Positions 8,391-17,924 of a stretch of 64,000 nt of DNA are shown in pieces. Origin of the DNA: Phycisphaerales bacterium (lineage in GTDB: Bacteria; Planctomycetota; Phycisphaerae; Phycisphaerales; UBA1924); assembly GCA_965227775.1 (NCBI GenBank), contig OZ245777.1:2496001-2560000 (forward strand). The letters run 5' to 3'. Made by a program: the position numbers and the translations under genes. Numbering within the stretch: the first letter of the stretch is position 1; every line of letters starts with the position of its first letter. The notes beneath the pieces are model-generated. The model was not told where the DNA came from. It saw only the letters and a list, made by a program, of their open reading frames with translations, and did not search any database.

Positions 8391-9419
8391 ATGCGAGTCG
8401 TCAGCCTGCTGCCTTCGGCCACCGAGATCCTCTGCCTCGTCGGCGGCGCCGACCTTCTGGTCGGCCGCAGCCACGAGTGCGATGAGCCTGGTAGCCTCGG
8501 GCATCTGCCCGTGCTGACCGCCGCCCGGACCACCTATGCCGGCGGACCGGCTTCGGGTAGCTCGGGTTCGTTGAGTGCGGCGGCCGACGTCGATCGGCAG
8601 GTCCGCGAAACTCTTTCGAGTGCTTCGGGGGGCGACGCGCCCCCCTCTCTCTATTCTCTGGATACCGAGATGCTCGAGTCGCTGCGGCCCGACATCATCC
8701 TCACGCAAAACCTCTGTGAAGTCTGCAGCATCGCCTTACCGGAAGTGCAGGCCGCGGCCCGGCGCATGGGCGAGCAGACCGGCAGCGAGCCGGCGATCAT
8801 CAGCCTCGACCCGCACACGCTCGAGCAGGTGTACGACGACTGCCTCACCATCGGCGCAGCGATCAACAAGGAAGATCAGGCCACGCACGTGGTGGCCTCG
8901 CTCCGCGAGCGTTTCTATGCGGCCGCGGAGATCGTTCCGAGCTTCGCGTATGCGCCCGTCGTTGGCTTCCTGGAGTGGACCGATCCGCTCTTCATCGCCG
9001 GCCACTGGACGGTGCAGCTCATCGAGCGCGCCGGCGGGCGGCACCCACTCAACGAGACGATCGCAAAAGACGACGCGGGCGCCGCGGCGGGCGCGATGCA
9101 TAGCGAGCGCGTCGCCGGCAAGTCGATCGCCGTCCCGCCCGAGGTCTTCGCGGCGACCGCCCCTGAGGCATTGGTGATTGCACCCTGTGGCTTGAATCTC
9201 GAGCAGACGCGCCACGCGACGGCCGAGATCGCCGAGCAAGACTGGTTCCGCTCACTCCCCGCTGTCCAGAACGGCAAGGTCGCGCTCGTCGATGGCAACC
9301 AGTACTTCAATCGGCCAGGGCCGAGGCTGGTCGATGCGTTCGAGTGGCTGGTGGCGTGGCTGCATGACAGGCAGGATCGGATGCCGGATGGATTCGCATG
9401 GCAGCGATGGACGAGTTGA
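8391..9419 (+). CDS. BtuF-like cobalamin/iron-siderophore-type substrate-binding protein
   Basis: MRVVSLLPSATEI...LVGRSHECD, PDIILTQNLCEVC and YFNRPGPRLVD motifs; GGGAGG RBS. Confidence 0.85.
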   Translation: MRVVSLLPSATEILCLVGGADLLVGRSHECDEPGSLGHLPVLTAARTTYAGGPASGSSGSLSAAADVDRQVRETLSSASGGDAPPSLYSLDTEMLESLRPDIILTQNLCEVCSIALPEVQAAARRMGEQTGSEPAIISLDPHTLEQVYDDCLTIGAAINKEDQATHVVASLRERFYAAAEIVPSFAYAPVVGFLEWTDPLFIAGHWTVQLIERAGGRHPLNETIAKDDAGAAAGAMHSERVAGKSIAVPPEVFAATAPEALVIAPCGLNLEQTRHATAEIAEQDWFRSLPAVQNGKVALVDGNQYFNRPGPRLVDAFEWLVAWLHDRQDRMPDGFAWQRWTS

Positions 9420-9447
9420 GTGCACGCTGCTCCTAGGAGGGGACGTG

Positions 9448-10050
9448 ATGGCTCGGGCCGTTCTGTTCAACCTGACTCCGGCACGCTGGGCGATCCCAGA
9501 TCAGCGATGGACCAGAACGTTGCGCAAGCGAGGCTGGGTGTGCAAAGCGTGCCGATCACCATCTCAGGAGATGGTCCGCCAATGCACAGCCGCGTTATTG
9601 ATCGAGAAGCCTGAGCGAAAACTGGTATCCGACATGCTCGGGCCGTTCGAAGTGATTCACCACAAACTCCTCAACGCAGCCGACTTCTCTGGATGGCGAC
9701 ACGGTAGGGTGCCGTGCTGGGTGAGCATGCCACTGGCTACCTACGAACGCGAGCCCGAGTGGTGCCAGAAGATCAACTGTGATGCATTCTTCTGCACTGC
9801 GTCGGCGCGTGTGAGATGGGCATCTGATCGCCATCTGGGCTTGCGCGAGTGCGAGACATGCTCGGAAGCGTCATTTGGGCGTGGAGGAGACACGGGCGAC
9901 AGGCTCGTTGTGCCCAGAGACCAGGCTGAAGCACCGATGTGGATGGCCAATAACGGTTGGACGATGTTCTCCGAGCCCGTCGCTGAGGTGATTCAACCAT
10001 TGCTCGGACGTCGATACAGGCCCACAAGATTCGAAGTTGTGTTCGAGTGA
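9448..10050 (+). CDS. Hypothetical protein with two CxxC pairs
   Basis: AGGAGG RBS; CKAC and CETC motifs; codon usage less GC-biased than neighbours. Confidence 0.65.
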   Translation: MARAVLFNLTPARWAIPDQRWTRTLRKRGWVCKACRSPSQEMVRQCTAALLIEKPERKLVSDMLGPFEVIHHKLLNAADFSGWRHGRVPCWVSMPLATYEREPEWCQKINCDAFFCTASARVRWASDRHLGLRECETCSEASFGRGGDTGDRLVVPRDQAEAPMWMANNGWTMFSEPVAEVIQPLLGRRYRPTRFEVVFE

Positions 10051-10424
10051 TTGACTTCCACGCAGCCTCCGGAGTTGCGGACTTGATCCAGCTCGGCGAT
10101 GACTCACTCGCCGCCCTCGCCCGGAGCGATCTTCCCAGCGCCAAGCTCGTCTTCAACGACCGTGGGTTCATTGCCTTCCCAACACCCATCCAGCACAACA
10201 CGATGAAGGCAGAAGGTATCTCATACGAGGACAACTACCGCGGCAACGCGATGGCAGGGGTGCTGAAGCCGGATGCGATTGAGGTTCACTATCACGAGGC
10301 TTTCAGCAATGCGCGTGTCGAACTCATATTGAGCCAGTTGCTGGCGGAGACGTCTTTGGGTGCGATGCGAAGCGCGACCGTGACCTACCAGGGCCGCAGG
10401 TTGTGCGTGGATGACGCCAGTTAG
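10047..10424 (+). CDS. Hypothetical protein
   Basis: GTGA overlap with the upstream stop; fills the gap up to the convergent gene. Confidence 0.6.
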   Translation: MIDFHAASGVADLIQLGDDSLAALARSDLPSAKLVFNDRGFIAFPTPIQHNTMKAEGISYEDNYRGNAMAGVLKPDAIEVHYHEAFSNARVELILSQLLAETSLGAMRSATVTYQGRRLCVDDAS

Positions 10425-11176
10425 CCCGCCAGCGCCGCCTTCGTCTCTACCGCCAACGCCGACGCTCGCTCGATGCAATCCTGGGCCTCTTCATCCACGG
10501 CATCGGCCGCTGCCGACCACGCGCGGTTGATCTGGCGCTCCATGGCCGCAAATCGATCCATGACGGCGGCGTAGCCGGCGAGGCCCCGAGCCGAGACGAT
10601 CTTCTCGCGGGCGTCGACGAACGCCGGCACGTGTACGGCTTGTACCTCTCCCAGCCGTTCGATGATGGCGGCCTCGCGGTCGTGCTCGGTGGTCATGTGC
10701 GGCAGGTCTCGTCGGAGGCTCTCGATAGCGTCGATGATTGCAGCGAGTGAGGCCTCGGGCGAATTGGCGCCAGGTGTCGATCCGCCGTCCTCTCGCGAGG
10801 CGGCCAACCGCTGGCGCATGTCAAATCGCACGAGCGCCGCACCTGCCAGCAGCCCAACCACGGCCAGCAAGAACCACCAGCGGCCCGTCCAACGATCGAA
10901 TGCGAACTCCTTCACGCGGACGCGCTCAACGCCATTCGTGCGAAGCTCCGCGAGCAGATCCGCGGTGAGTTCGGTGTTGGCGGTTGCGATGGGCTCGCCC
11001 GCAGCGGCTGGATCAGCGGGCGGCTCGTCGGGCGTCGCTTCGCCTGCGGACGAGTTCAGGGTCAGCCCAACGAGCTGCTCGTCGGGCAGGTCGAGCGGCG
11101 GGACATACGCCGTCGGCGCGACGGCAACGCCCAAGACGAGGGCGGCGGTGATGATGAGGAAGCCGAGGATCTTCAT
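10421..11176 (-). CDS. Hypothetical membrane protein with helical C-terminal domain
   Basis: GAGGAG RBS, N-terminal hydrophobic segment plus a second TM segment; directly downstream of the OPT gene. Confidence 0.8.
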   Translation of the reverse strand: MKILGFLIITAALVLGVAVAPTAYVPPLDLPDEQLVGLTLNSSAGEATPDEPPADPAAAGEPIATANTELTADLLAELRTNGVERVRVKEFAFDRWTGRWWFLLAVVGLLAGAALVRFDMRQRLAASREDGGSTPGANSPEASLAAIIDAIESLRRDLPHMTTEHDREAAIIERLGEVQAVHVPAFVDAREKIVSARGLAGYAAVMDRFAAMERQINRAWSAAADAVDEEAQDCIERASALAVETKAALAG

Positions 11177-11189
11177 GGCATCGCTCCTC

Positions 11190-13379
11190 TTACCCGATCG
11201 CCAGAACGATGAGGTTGATGATTAACGCGAGGATTGCCTCGCCCACGACCAGGCCGGCCGCGAACGGCACGCCCCAGTCCTCGCTCCAACGCTTGCCCTT
11301 GAACTTCACCACGAACATGTTGATGATGCAACCGAGGCCGTACGTGCTGATGTAGATGAACGGCAGGTACATGCTCAGGCCGACGAGCACGCCGAGCCCG
11401 GGGAAGGCCCCAAGCCCGAGCAGCGCGCCGAGCAGTGCGCCAAAGCCGTAGAGGGCGTAGGGCATCTCACCGCCCTGCACACCCGTGATGACCGCTTGGA
11501 GGGCCTGGGCCTGGGGCGCCACGGTGGCGGTGCCCGGGCCGATGGGGATCTGGCCGTCGGTGGCCTTCAGGTTCACCGCGACGATGGTGGCCAGCACGAG
11601 CATGCACACGACCGGACCGAGGCCGGTCGAAACCAGCTCAACGATCTGCTGCCGCTTGGGTTGGCTGCCGACCAGGTATCCGGTCTTCAGATCGCCCATC
11701 ATGTCGGCAGCACAGGTGATCGCGACGCACAAGGCCGCTCCAAGTAGCACGGCCCCGACCACGGCTCCCGAGCCCGAAAGCAGCAAGACGAGCACGACCG
11801 TCAGCAAAGCCATGCCGCTGATCGGCGACCAATCGGTCATGCCCGTGCACTGGGCGATGATGATGCCAGCAAACCAAATCCATGCTGCACCGACTAGCGC
11901 GATGACAAGGGCCCGCAGGTGCGGGTTCATCCAGCCAAGCCAGCCGGGCTTGAGGTTATTTGCCTCCATGTACTGTTCGCGTTGCTCGGGTGCCCACGCG
12001 TTCCAAGCGTCGAGGGTGTCCTGCCCCGCGAAGGCGAGCGTGTAGCCGCCGAAGGTCGCCGTTGGCTGGTCCTCGGGAGCGTTCTCGCCGGTCAGCTCCA
12101 CCTCGCTGATTGGGTCGGTAAAGTTCACCGGCTTGTTGCCCACAAAGTCCGCTGCCAGGAACAGCAGCAGCAGGGCCGCGAGCATACTGACGACCAGCAC
12201 CTTGAGGCCCAATTCGTCGGAGCTGCCTTTCTTGGCGCCGAAGCTCGCGCTGGCGATGCTCTTCATGGCCTCTTTGATGGCCGGCAGCGCGAACACCACG
12301 CCCATGAGCGCGCCGCCCAGCAGAAGGCCGATGCCCAGCGGGCGGTTGAAGGCGCCGAACGCGTAGCCCGGGGCCTCATGGGCGCGGATGGTCTCTGGTG
12401 CCCAGCCCATCGAGTACACAAGGGGGTTGATCACGAAGTAGGCCAGAATGCCACCCGCGAGCACCATCAGGCCTGCTCGACCAGTGATGAACCCTGCGCC
12501 GATGGCAAAGGGTGCGATGGCGAACACGAGCTGGAACTGATCGGGCAGGCCAAGCACGCGGCCGAGGTCGAACGAGCTGTTGGTCAGGACGGGGTCGGGC
12601 TCGCCGTTGCGGTCACGATCGACACGGATGGTGAGATCGCTGACGACTTGGGCGTCCTCTCCCTCGAGCGGTTCTGCGGCGGGCTGAGCGGTAATTTCAC
12701 CGGGTGCAGGCTCGGGGAGAGCTTCCGCGGGCATCGTCCATCCGATGCTGCCGTACCCGGGGCCACCAAGGTCCGGCATACCCACGGGCAGGTAGATGAG
12801 CGCCCCGAGCAAGATGCCCGCGACGAGCACGATGGACTTCTTCGCTCCCGCACCCGGGCTCTTCAGGATGACCGCCACGCCCGTGGGGCTGGGGAATCGC
12901 AGGCGGTCTATGTCGATCATTTGCTTGCGCAGCGGGATGATGAACGCGCAGCCAAGGATGGCTCCCGCGACGCACGCGAGCGTGATGAGCCAGAAGTCCA
13001 AACTACTCGGGAGGAGCGAGTAGCCCAATAGGTACAGCACCGGCACAGTGAAGATCACGCCGGAGTTGGGCGTGTTCACCGCACTAGCGATCGTCTGGCC
13101 GATGTTTGTCTCGAGGATCGTGCCCTTGCGCAGAATGCCGCGGAGCACGCCGAAGCCCAACACCGCCGCGATGGCGCTGCCAACAATGGTGAAGCCGATC
13201 TTCAGGCCCGCGTACGTGATCGCGGCGTTCATGATTGCACCGACGATCAATCCGAAGATGATTGAGGCAATCGTGACCTCGCGATAGCGCGGATCGAACA
13301 GGCCGCTGCTGTGGGCCGGCGGGTTGGCCGGGGGCGGATCAGGCTGGCTGGGATCGCTGGTGTTGGGCGTGTCGCTCAT
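11190..13379 (-). CDS. OPT/YSL family oligopeptide transporter
   Basis: YAGLKIG, ETNIGQTIASA, LRFPSPTGVA and DMMGDLKTGYLVG motifs, many TM helices; GGAGG RBS. Confidence 0.92.
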   Translation of the reverse strand: MSDTPNTSDPSQPDPPPANPPAHSSGLFDPRYREVTIASIIFGLIVGAIMNAAITYAGLKIGFTIVGSAIAAVLGFGVLRGILRKGTILETNIGQTIASAVNTPNSGVIFTVPVLYLLGYSLLPSSLDFWLITLACVAGAILGCAFIIPLRKQMIDIDRLRFPSPTGVAVILKSPGAGAKKSIVLVAGILLGALIYLPVGMPDLGGPGYGSIGWTMPAEALPEPAPGEITAQPAAEPLEGEDAQVVSDLTIRVDRDRNGEPDPVLTNSSFDLGRVLGLPDQFQLVFAIAPFAIGAGFITGRAGLMVLAGGILAYFVINPLVYSMGWAPETIRAHEAPGYAFGAFNRPLGIGLLLGGALMGVVFALPAIKEAMKSIASASFGAKKGSSDELGLKVLVVSMLAALLLLFLAADFVGNKPVNFTDPISEVELTGENAPEDQPTATFGGYTLAFAGQDTLDAWNAWAPEQREQYMEANNLKPGWLGWMNPHLRALVIALVGAAWIWFAGIIIAQCTGMTDWSPISGMALLTVVLVLLLSGSGAVVGAVLLGAALCVAITCAADMMGDLKTGYLVGSQPKRQQIVELVSTGLGPVVCMLVLATIVAVNLKATDGQIPIGPGTATVAPQAQALQAVITGVQGGEMPYALYGFGALLGALLGLGAFPGLGVLVGLSMYLPFIYISTYGLGCIINMFVVKFKGKRWSEDWGVPFAAGLVVGEAILALIINLIVLAIG

Positions 13380-13489
13380 GCGGCCTCCACGGGAATCCCC
13401 AAACATACGCCGCCGAGACGCTCAGAAAAACTGCGGATCGCGCAAACCACTCGGGCCCGGACGCGGTCTAAGGCGGTAGGGATGTTCGC

Positions 13490-14077
13490 ATGACCATCGA
13501 CCAATCGCCAATCGGGGCCACAGAGAACGCCGACGTGGGGGTGAGCGATGAGCAACTGCTCGCGCGCTTCGCCCGTGATAGTGGCGATTCGAGAACGGCG
13601 TTGCAGGAACTCGCCTGCCGCCACGAGCATCGGCTGCTGGGCCTGTCGCTTGGCCTGTGCAACGGGCGCGAAGACCTCGCACGCGAGGCCGTGCAAGAGA
13701 CGTGGGTGCGTGTCATCCGGCACGCGGGGAAGTTCAAGGGCAAGAGCAGCTTCGCAACGTGGGTGTATCGCATCGCGGTGCATCGCTGCCGCGAAGTGAT
13801 GGCGAGAGAGCGGGAACTCGCTCGCCGGACGAGCCGTGCGAGTTCGGTGCCGCAGGGGCGAGACTCCGTCGCGGATCTGGCGTGGACGCGAAGCGTCGTT
13901 GGCAGCCTGCCCCAGCACGAGCGTGAGGTCGTGCTGCTATGCCACATGCGCGGCATGACGCACGAGCAGGCCGCGGCGGTGCTTGGCATCCCGCCGGGCA
14001 CGCTCAAATCGCGGATGACAAGGGCGATGGGGCGGTTGCGCGAGTTGATGGGCGAAGAGCGGGGAGGCGACGCATGA
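13490..14077 (+). CDS. ECF RNA polymerase sigma factor
   Basis: Region 2 (AREAVQETWVRV...F..SSFATWVYRIA) and region 4 (LP..EREVVLL...GTLKSRMTRA). Confidence 0.92.
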   Translation: MTIDQSPIGATENADVGVSDEQLLARFARDSGDSRTALQELACRHEHRLLGLSLGLCNGREDLAREAVQETWVRVIRHAGKFKGKSSFATWVYRIAVHRCREVMARERELARRTSRASSVPQGRDSVADLAWTRSVVGSLPQHEREVVLLCHMRGMTHEQAAAVLGIPPGTLKSRMTRAMGRLRELMGEERGGDA

Positions 14078-15114
14078 ACGAGCAACCGAACGAACTGGAA
14101 GACCGCCTCACCTCGCTGACAACGTGGCCCGATGAGCACGAGCCGTCGCTGTGGGAGAGCGCGCTCGAGCAATCCAAGCAGCCACGAGTGGACGAGCCGT
14201 GGACGCTGCGCATCGCGCCGAGGCACATGGTTGGCATCGCCGCCACGGTGACAATCGCGGCTGTGGGGGTGTGGGCCTCGATGGGGATGCTGGGCCAGGC
14301 CAGATCATCGGCACCAGCTATGTCGTACTCCAGGGAGTCCCAAGTCGAGATGGATCTCGCCGAGGAGCGTGCGCTTCCCGCAGGCGAGCGTGCTTATGCG
14401 ATGGGCCAAGAAGTCCGATCGTTCGAGATCGAGCCCCGCGCCATCCAACGCTCGGCCGCGATGGGGCTCACGGCCGAAGCCGTCCGCCCGCTCTTCGATC
14501 GCGTCACCGCGCTCATCGAACCCGGCCTGGGCGAGTTCGTCGAGAACGCCTCGGCGAACGAGGGTCGTGCCGATGCGACGCTGCGGGTGTCGGCCCAGCG
14601 ATTAGAAGCCGTCATGCGCTCCATCCGCGAGATGGACGGCGTGGCCGAAGTCCTGCGCGAAGAGCTTTCGGCGGTCGATGCGACCGATCGGCGGGCCGAT
14701 CTGACAGCACGCCTGGCCAACGAGCGGAGGATCGAGGTCGAGCTGCTCGAGCTCATCGACAAGCGGCCCGAGGCGCTGCTGGCCGACGTGCTGCGGGTGC
14801 GTGAGGCTTTGAGCGACGTCCGGCTGAACATCGAACGCCTCGACGCCCAGCGTTCGACGCTGAACGAGCGTGTGACGCTGGCCACCCTTCGCGTGAGCAT
14901 TGTTCAGATTGCCGAAGGACCCGAGCCCGTGCCCGACGCGAGCGGCTTGCTACATGACCTTGGCGACGCCTTCACCCGTGGCGGCCGCACGCTTGCGGAG
15001 TCGGCGGCTTGGCTTGTCGAGGCCTTCATCGGCGGCTTGATCGTGTGGCTGATGCTCGCAATGGTCGGCGTATGGGCCTACCGAACGTTTCGCTGGCGAG
15101 CAACTTGGGCCTGA
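14074..15114 (+). CDS. Putative anti-sigma factor with DUF4349-like domain
   Basis: ATGA overlap with the sigma stop; short N-terminus, TM segment, coiled-coil DUF4349-like region and C-terminal TM. Confidence 0.78.
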   Translation: MNEQPNELEDRLTSLTTWPDEHEPSLWESALEQSKQPRVDEPWTLRIAPRHMVGIAATVTIAAVGVWASMGMLGQARSSAPAMSYSRESQVEMDLAEERALPAGERAYAMGQEVRSFEIEPRAIQRSAAMGLTAEAVRPLFDRVTALIEPGLGEFVENASANEGRADATLRVSAQRLEAVMRSIREMDGVAEVLREELSAVDATDRRADLTARLANERRIEVELLELIDKRPEALLADVLRVREALSDVRLNIERLDAQRSTLNERVTLATLRVSIVQIAEGPEPVPDASGLLHDLGDAFTRGGRTLAESAAWLVEAFIGGLIVWLMLAMVGVWAYRTFRWRATWA

Positions 15115-15139
15115 CCCCCACGCCGACTGTTCCGATGAA

Positions 15140-16612
15140 TCATCTCGGGGAAGAGAGCAGCTCCGATTCCGACACCACATCGAGGTAGCTCTCGTCGAGC
15201 AAGTAGAACCCCGGCTCCAGGACCTTCAGCGGTCGTGCGTCGAGCGGAGATTCCTCGTACCGCGCTTCGGATCCTCCGCCATCGCCCGCCGGCTTTAGGC
15301 CGTCGCGGATGACCATGATCATGTCCGACAGCGCCGCGGTGTGCTCGAACAGGTAGGCGTGCGAGCTCACGCCGCCCACGTGGCACTCGACGATCTCGAT
15401 GCTTGGCAGGTCGTTGATGAGCGATCGGCTGATCGGGTCGAAGTCGTCGAGCCGTGCATCGCCCAGGCGGTCCCGGCTCGCGAAGAACAACCGGGCGAGG
15501 CCGAGGGCCCCGTCCTCTTTCGAGCTATACACGACCACCCTCCTCGCGATCCGCATGACGCGCTCGGACAGGAAACGCTGCGTGAAGATGTCGAGGTCGA
15601 GGTCGGGCGCGACGAGCACGAGCGTCTCCAGCTTCAGCACGTCCGACGGACGCAGGCCTGCTGCGAGGTCTGGCTCGACGAAATCGACGTCTTCGCCAAG
15701 AGCCTGCTGGGTGCGCTGGCTGAAGAACGTCCGCCCTTGGGCGGCCTCGATCTCGGCGGCGATCTCGCGGAGCGCGGTCGTCGTCACGTCGGTGCCACGG
15801 CTGTGGGCGACCAGGTGGATGCGGTCGATGTCCTCGTTCGCGGCCAGGGCCATCAGCAGCGTCTTGAGCTGCAGCACGCTGAACTCGCCTGACTCGCGGT
15901 CGTGGTTGTACGCCACCGGGGCCAGCCAGGCGTCGAAGCCGGCGGGCCAGGTGAAGACGATGGGGATGCCGTGGCGGCCAGCGGCGTGCCAAGTCTGGCC
16001 CAGGCGCAGGACGGCATCGTCGAAACTGTTGTTGAATCCGTGCACGAACACGAGCGCCGCGTTACCCTCGGGTCCGTCGGTCAGGAACGGCTCGAGCGTT
16101 GCGCGGAAGTCGGCAAGGTCCTGCGCGAACGCGGCAGAAGCCTCGGCGGGATACACGACTTCCTCGTTCCGGACTCGCAGTCGTCCTTCCAGGGAGGCCA
16201 TCGTGCCCGAGAGTTCGACCGATTCGACCCGCAGTTTGTATTCGCGAGGGCGATCGTCTGTAGTGCTGTCTTCGACGAGTTGCGCCCACGTCGGCTCAGG
16301 CAGCAAGCCGATCCGTGCGACACCGAAACTGATGTTCTGGCTACGCTCGCTGCCGTAGTCGGGCATGGCCGTGGGGTCGTCGCCATCGAGCGAGCGATCT
16401 CGGCGGTCAGTAAAGTAAACGACGGGAATGTCCGGCGTCCGCAGGCGCTCGGGCACGGTCTCGAAAGCCCTTTGGCCGCGTTCGCCCACCATGATGCGTG
16501 GCGTGTCAACAAGGCGCGTCTCGTGCCGGCAGCCCGCGCCCACGACAATGAGCGAGCACGCGAACATCCAGAAGATTCCGGGAACGGCGAGGCGGCGTGG
16601 TCGACTCGACAT
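15140..16612 (-). CDS. Alpha/beta hydrolase (DUF900-like), probable lipoprotein
   Basis: VYFTDR, LVFVHGFNNSF, IHLVAHSRG, LVAPDLD and SHAY motifs; VVGAGC lipobox-like signal. Confidence 0.85.
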   Translation of the reverse strand: MSSRPRRLAVPGIFWMFACSLIVVGAGCRHETRLVDTPRIMVGERGQRAFETVPERLRTPDIPVVYFTDRRDRSLDGDDPTAMPDYGSERSQNISFGVARIGLLPEPTWAQLVEDSTTDDRPREYKLRVESVELSGTMASLEGRLRVRNEEVVYPAEASAAFAQDLADFRATLEPFLTDGPEGNAALVFVHGFNNSFDDAVLRLGQTWHAAGRHGIPIVFTWPAGFDAWLAPVAYNHDRESGEFSVLQLKTLLMALAANEDIDRIHLVAHSRGTDVTTTALREIAAEIEAAQGRTFFSQRTQQALGEDVDFVEPDLAAGLRPSDVLKLETLVLVAPDLDLDIFTQRFLSERVMRIARRVVVYSSKEDGALGLARLFFASRDRLGDARLDDFDPISRSLINDLPSIEIVECHVGGVSSHAYLFEHTAALSDMIMVIRDGLKPAGDGGGSEARYEESPLDARPLKVLEPGFYLLDESYLDVVSESELLSSPR

Positions 16613-16630
16613 GCCCAAGCGTAGCGATCG

Positions 16631-17914
16631 CTACGAGCCTGAGCGGATGAACCACGTGGCCATGAATACCAGCGCGAAGGCCGTCCAGAACGCGATCCCT
16701 GCCCAGCTCAGCACGACGAGCCACCGGGCTGGCTTGTGCTCGGCCGGCACGGCGGCGCTCGTCATCGCCCGGTGGTTGAAGAACGCGATCGCGGGCGTGC
16801 CCAGGAAGCTCAGGGTCGTCGCGAGATCGACCAGGTCCGAGAGCGATCGCAGGAACACCGAGAGGATTACGACTGCCCCGGCCGCGAGCACGGCCAGCCA
16901 GAGCCAGTAGCCGCGATTGCCCTTCGGCTCGACGCCGCGGAACTCGCCGACCAGCGCCGACATCGTGCGCGGGATGGCGTCGAGCACTGTGATCGTCGTG
17001 CTGAACATGACGGCGATGGCGCAGGTCGCGATGAGCGGGCGGGCCCACTCGCCCAGCGATTGCGTGTAGAGCCCAACCAGTTGGTTCGCGAACGCCCCGG
17101 CCTTCTCGGCGGGCTCGGTGCCGCTGCCGTAGAGGAGCGAGGCCCCCAGCACGACGAACGCCAGGGCGAGCACGATGCACAGCGCAAAGCCGACGTAGAA
17201 GTCCAGCTCGCACTCCCGCTTGCTGGCGGCGTGGCCGGCCTGCTTGTTCTTGGCGAGGCTCCAGAGCGAGTGCCACACGGTGATGTCCAGCGGCGCGGGC
17301 ATCCAGCCAACCAGCACGACCGCGAACACCAGCAGCGCGAGGTTCCACTCGGTCGGCCACACGGGCGTCGCGCCCAGGTCCAGGTTCGGCAGTTGCATCG
17401 CCGCGGCGATCACGGTGCTGACCGCCATCACGAGCATCAGCGCCTTCACCACGCGGTCGAGCCATTTATAGCCGCCGCACGCCAGCAGCCCGACGCACAC
17501 GAGCAAGATGCCCGCGGCGACGACCCACATCGGCGCCCCGGCCTCGGTGATGCCAAGCCCGCTCAGCACCGGATTTACCACGAGCGTCCCGACCAGCGCC
17601 GCCGTTACGGCCGTGATGGCCGCCTGGATGGTGAACATCGTGCCGACCTGGATGACGGCGAACGCGCCAAGCGTGGCACGCCCCTGGGCCCGGTACGCGT
17701 GCAAGAGCGAGCGCCCAGTCGCCGCCGCGTACCTCGGCCCGAACAGCATTGCCGGCAGCTTCATCGCGTGCGCCAGCACGACCAGGAGCACCAGCGACAG
17801 CCCATAAACCGCGCCCGCCCGCGTCGACTGCACGAGGTGGCTGACGCCGATGGCCGCCCCGGCGAAGAGGATGCCCGGGCCGAGAGCCTTCAGGAACGCG
17901 TTCGGAGCGGCCAT
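16631..17914 (-). CDS. Nramp/MntH-related transporter family membrane protein
   Basis: LGPGILFAGAAIGVSHLVQSTRAGA and GWMPAP motifs, about 11 TM helices. Confidence 0.82.
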   Translation of the reverse strand: MAAPNAFLKALGPGILFAGAAIGVSHLVQSTRAGAVYGLSLVLLVVLAHAMKLPAMLFGPRYAAATGRSLLHAYRAQGRATLGAFAVIQVGTMFTIQAAITAVTAALVGTLVVNPVLSGLGITEAGAPMWVVAAGILLVCVGLLACGGYKWLDRVVKALMLVMAVSTVIAAAMQLPNLDLGATPVWPTEWNLALLVFAVVLVGWMPAPLDITVWHSLWSLAKNKQAGHAASKRECELDFYVGFALCIVLALAFVVLGASLLYGSGTEPAEKAGAFANQLVGLYTQSLGEWARPLIATCAIAVMFSTTITVLDAIPRTMSALVGEFRGVEPKGNRGYWLWLAVLAAGAVVILSVFLRSLSDLVDLATTLSFLGTPAIAFFNHRAMTSAAVPAEHKPARWLVVLSWAGIAFWTAFALVFMATWFIRSGS

Positions 17915-17924
17915 GCCGCCAAGG

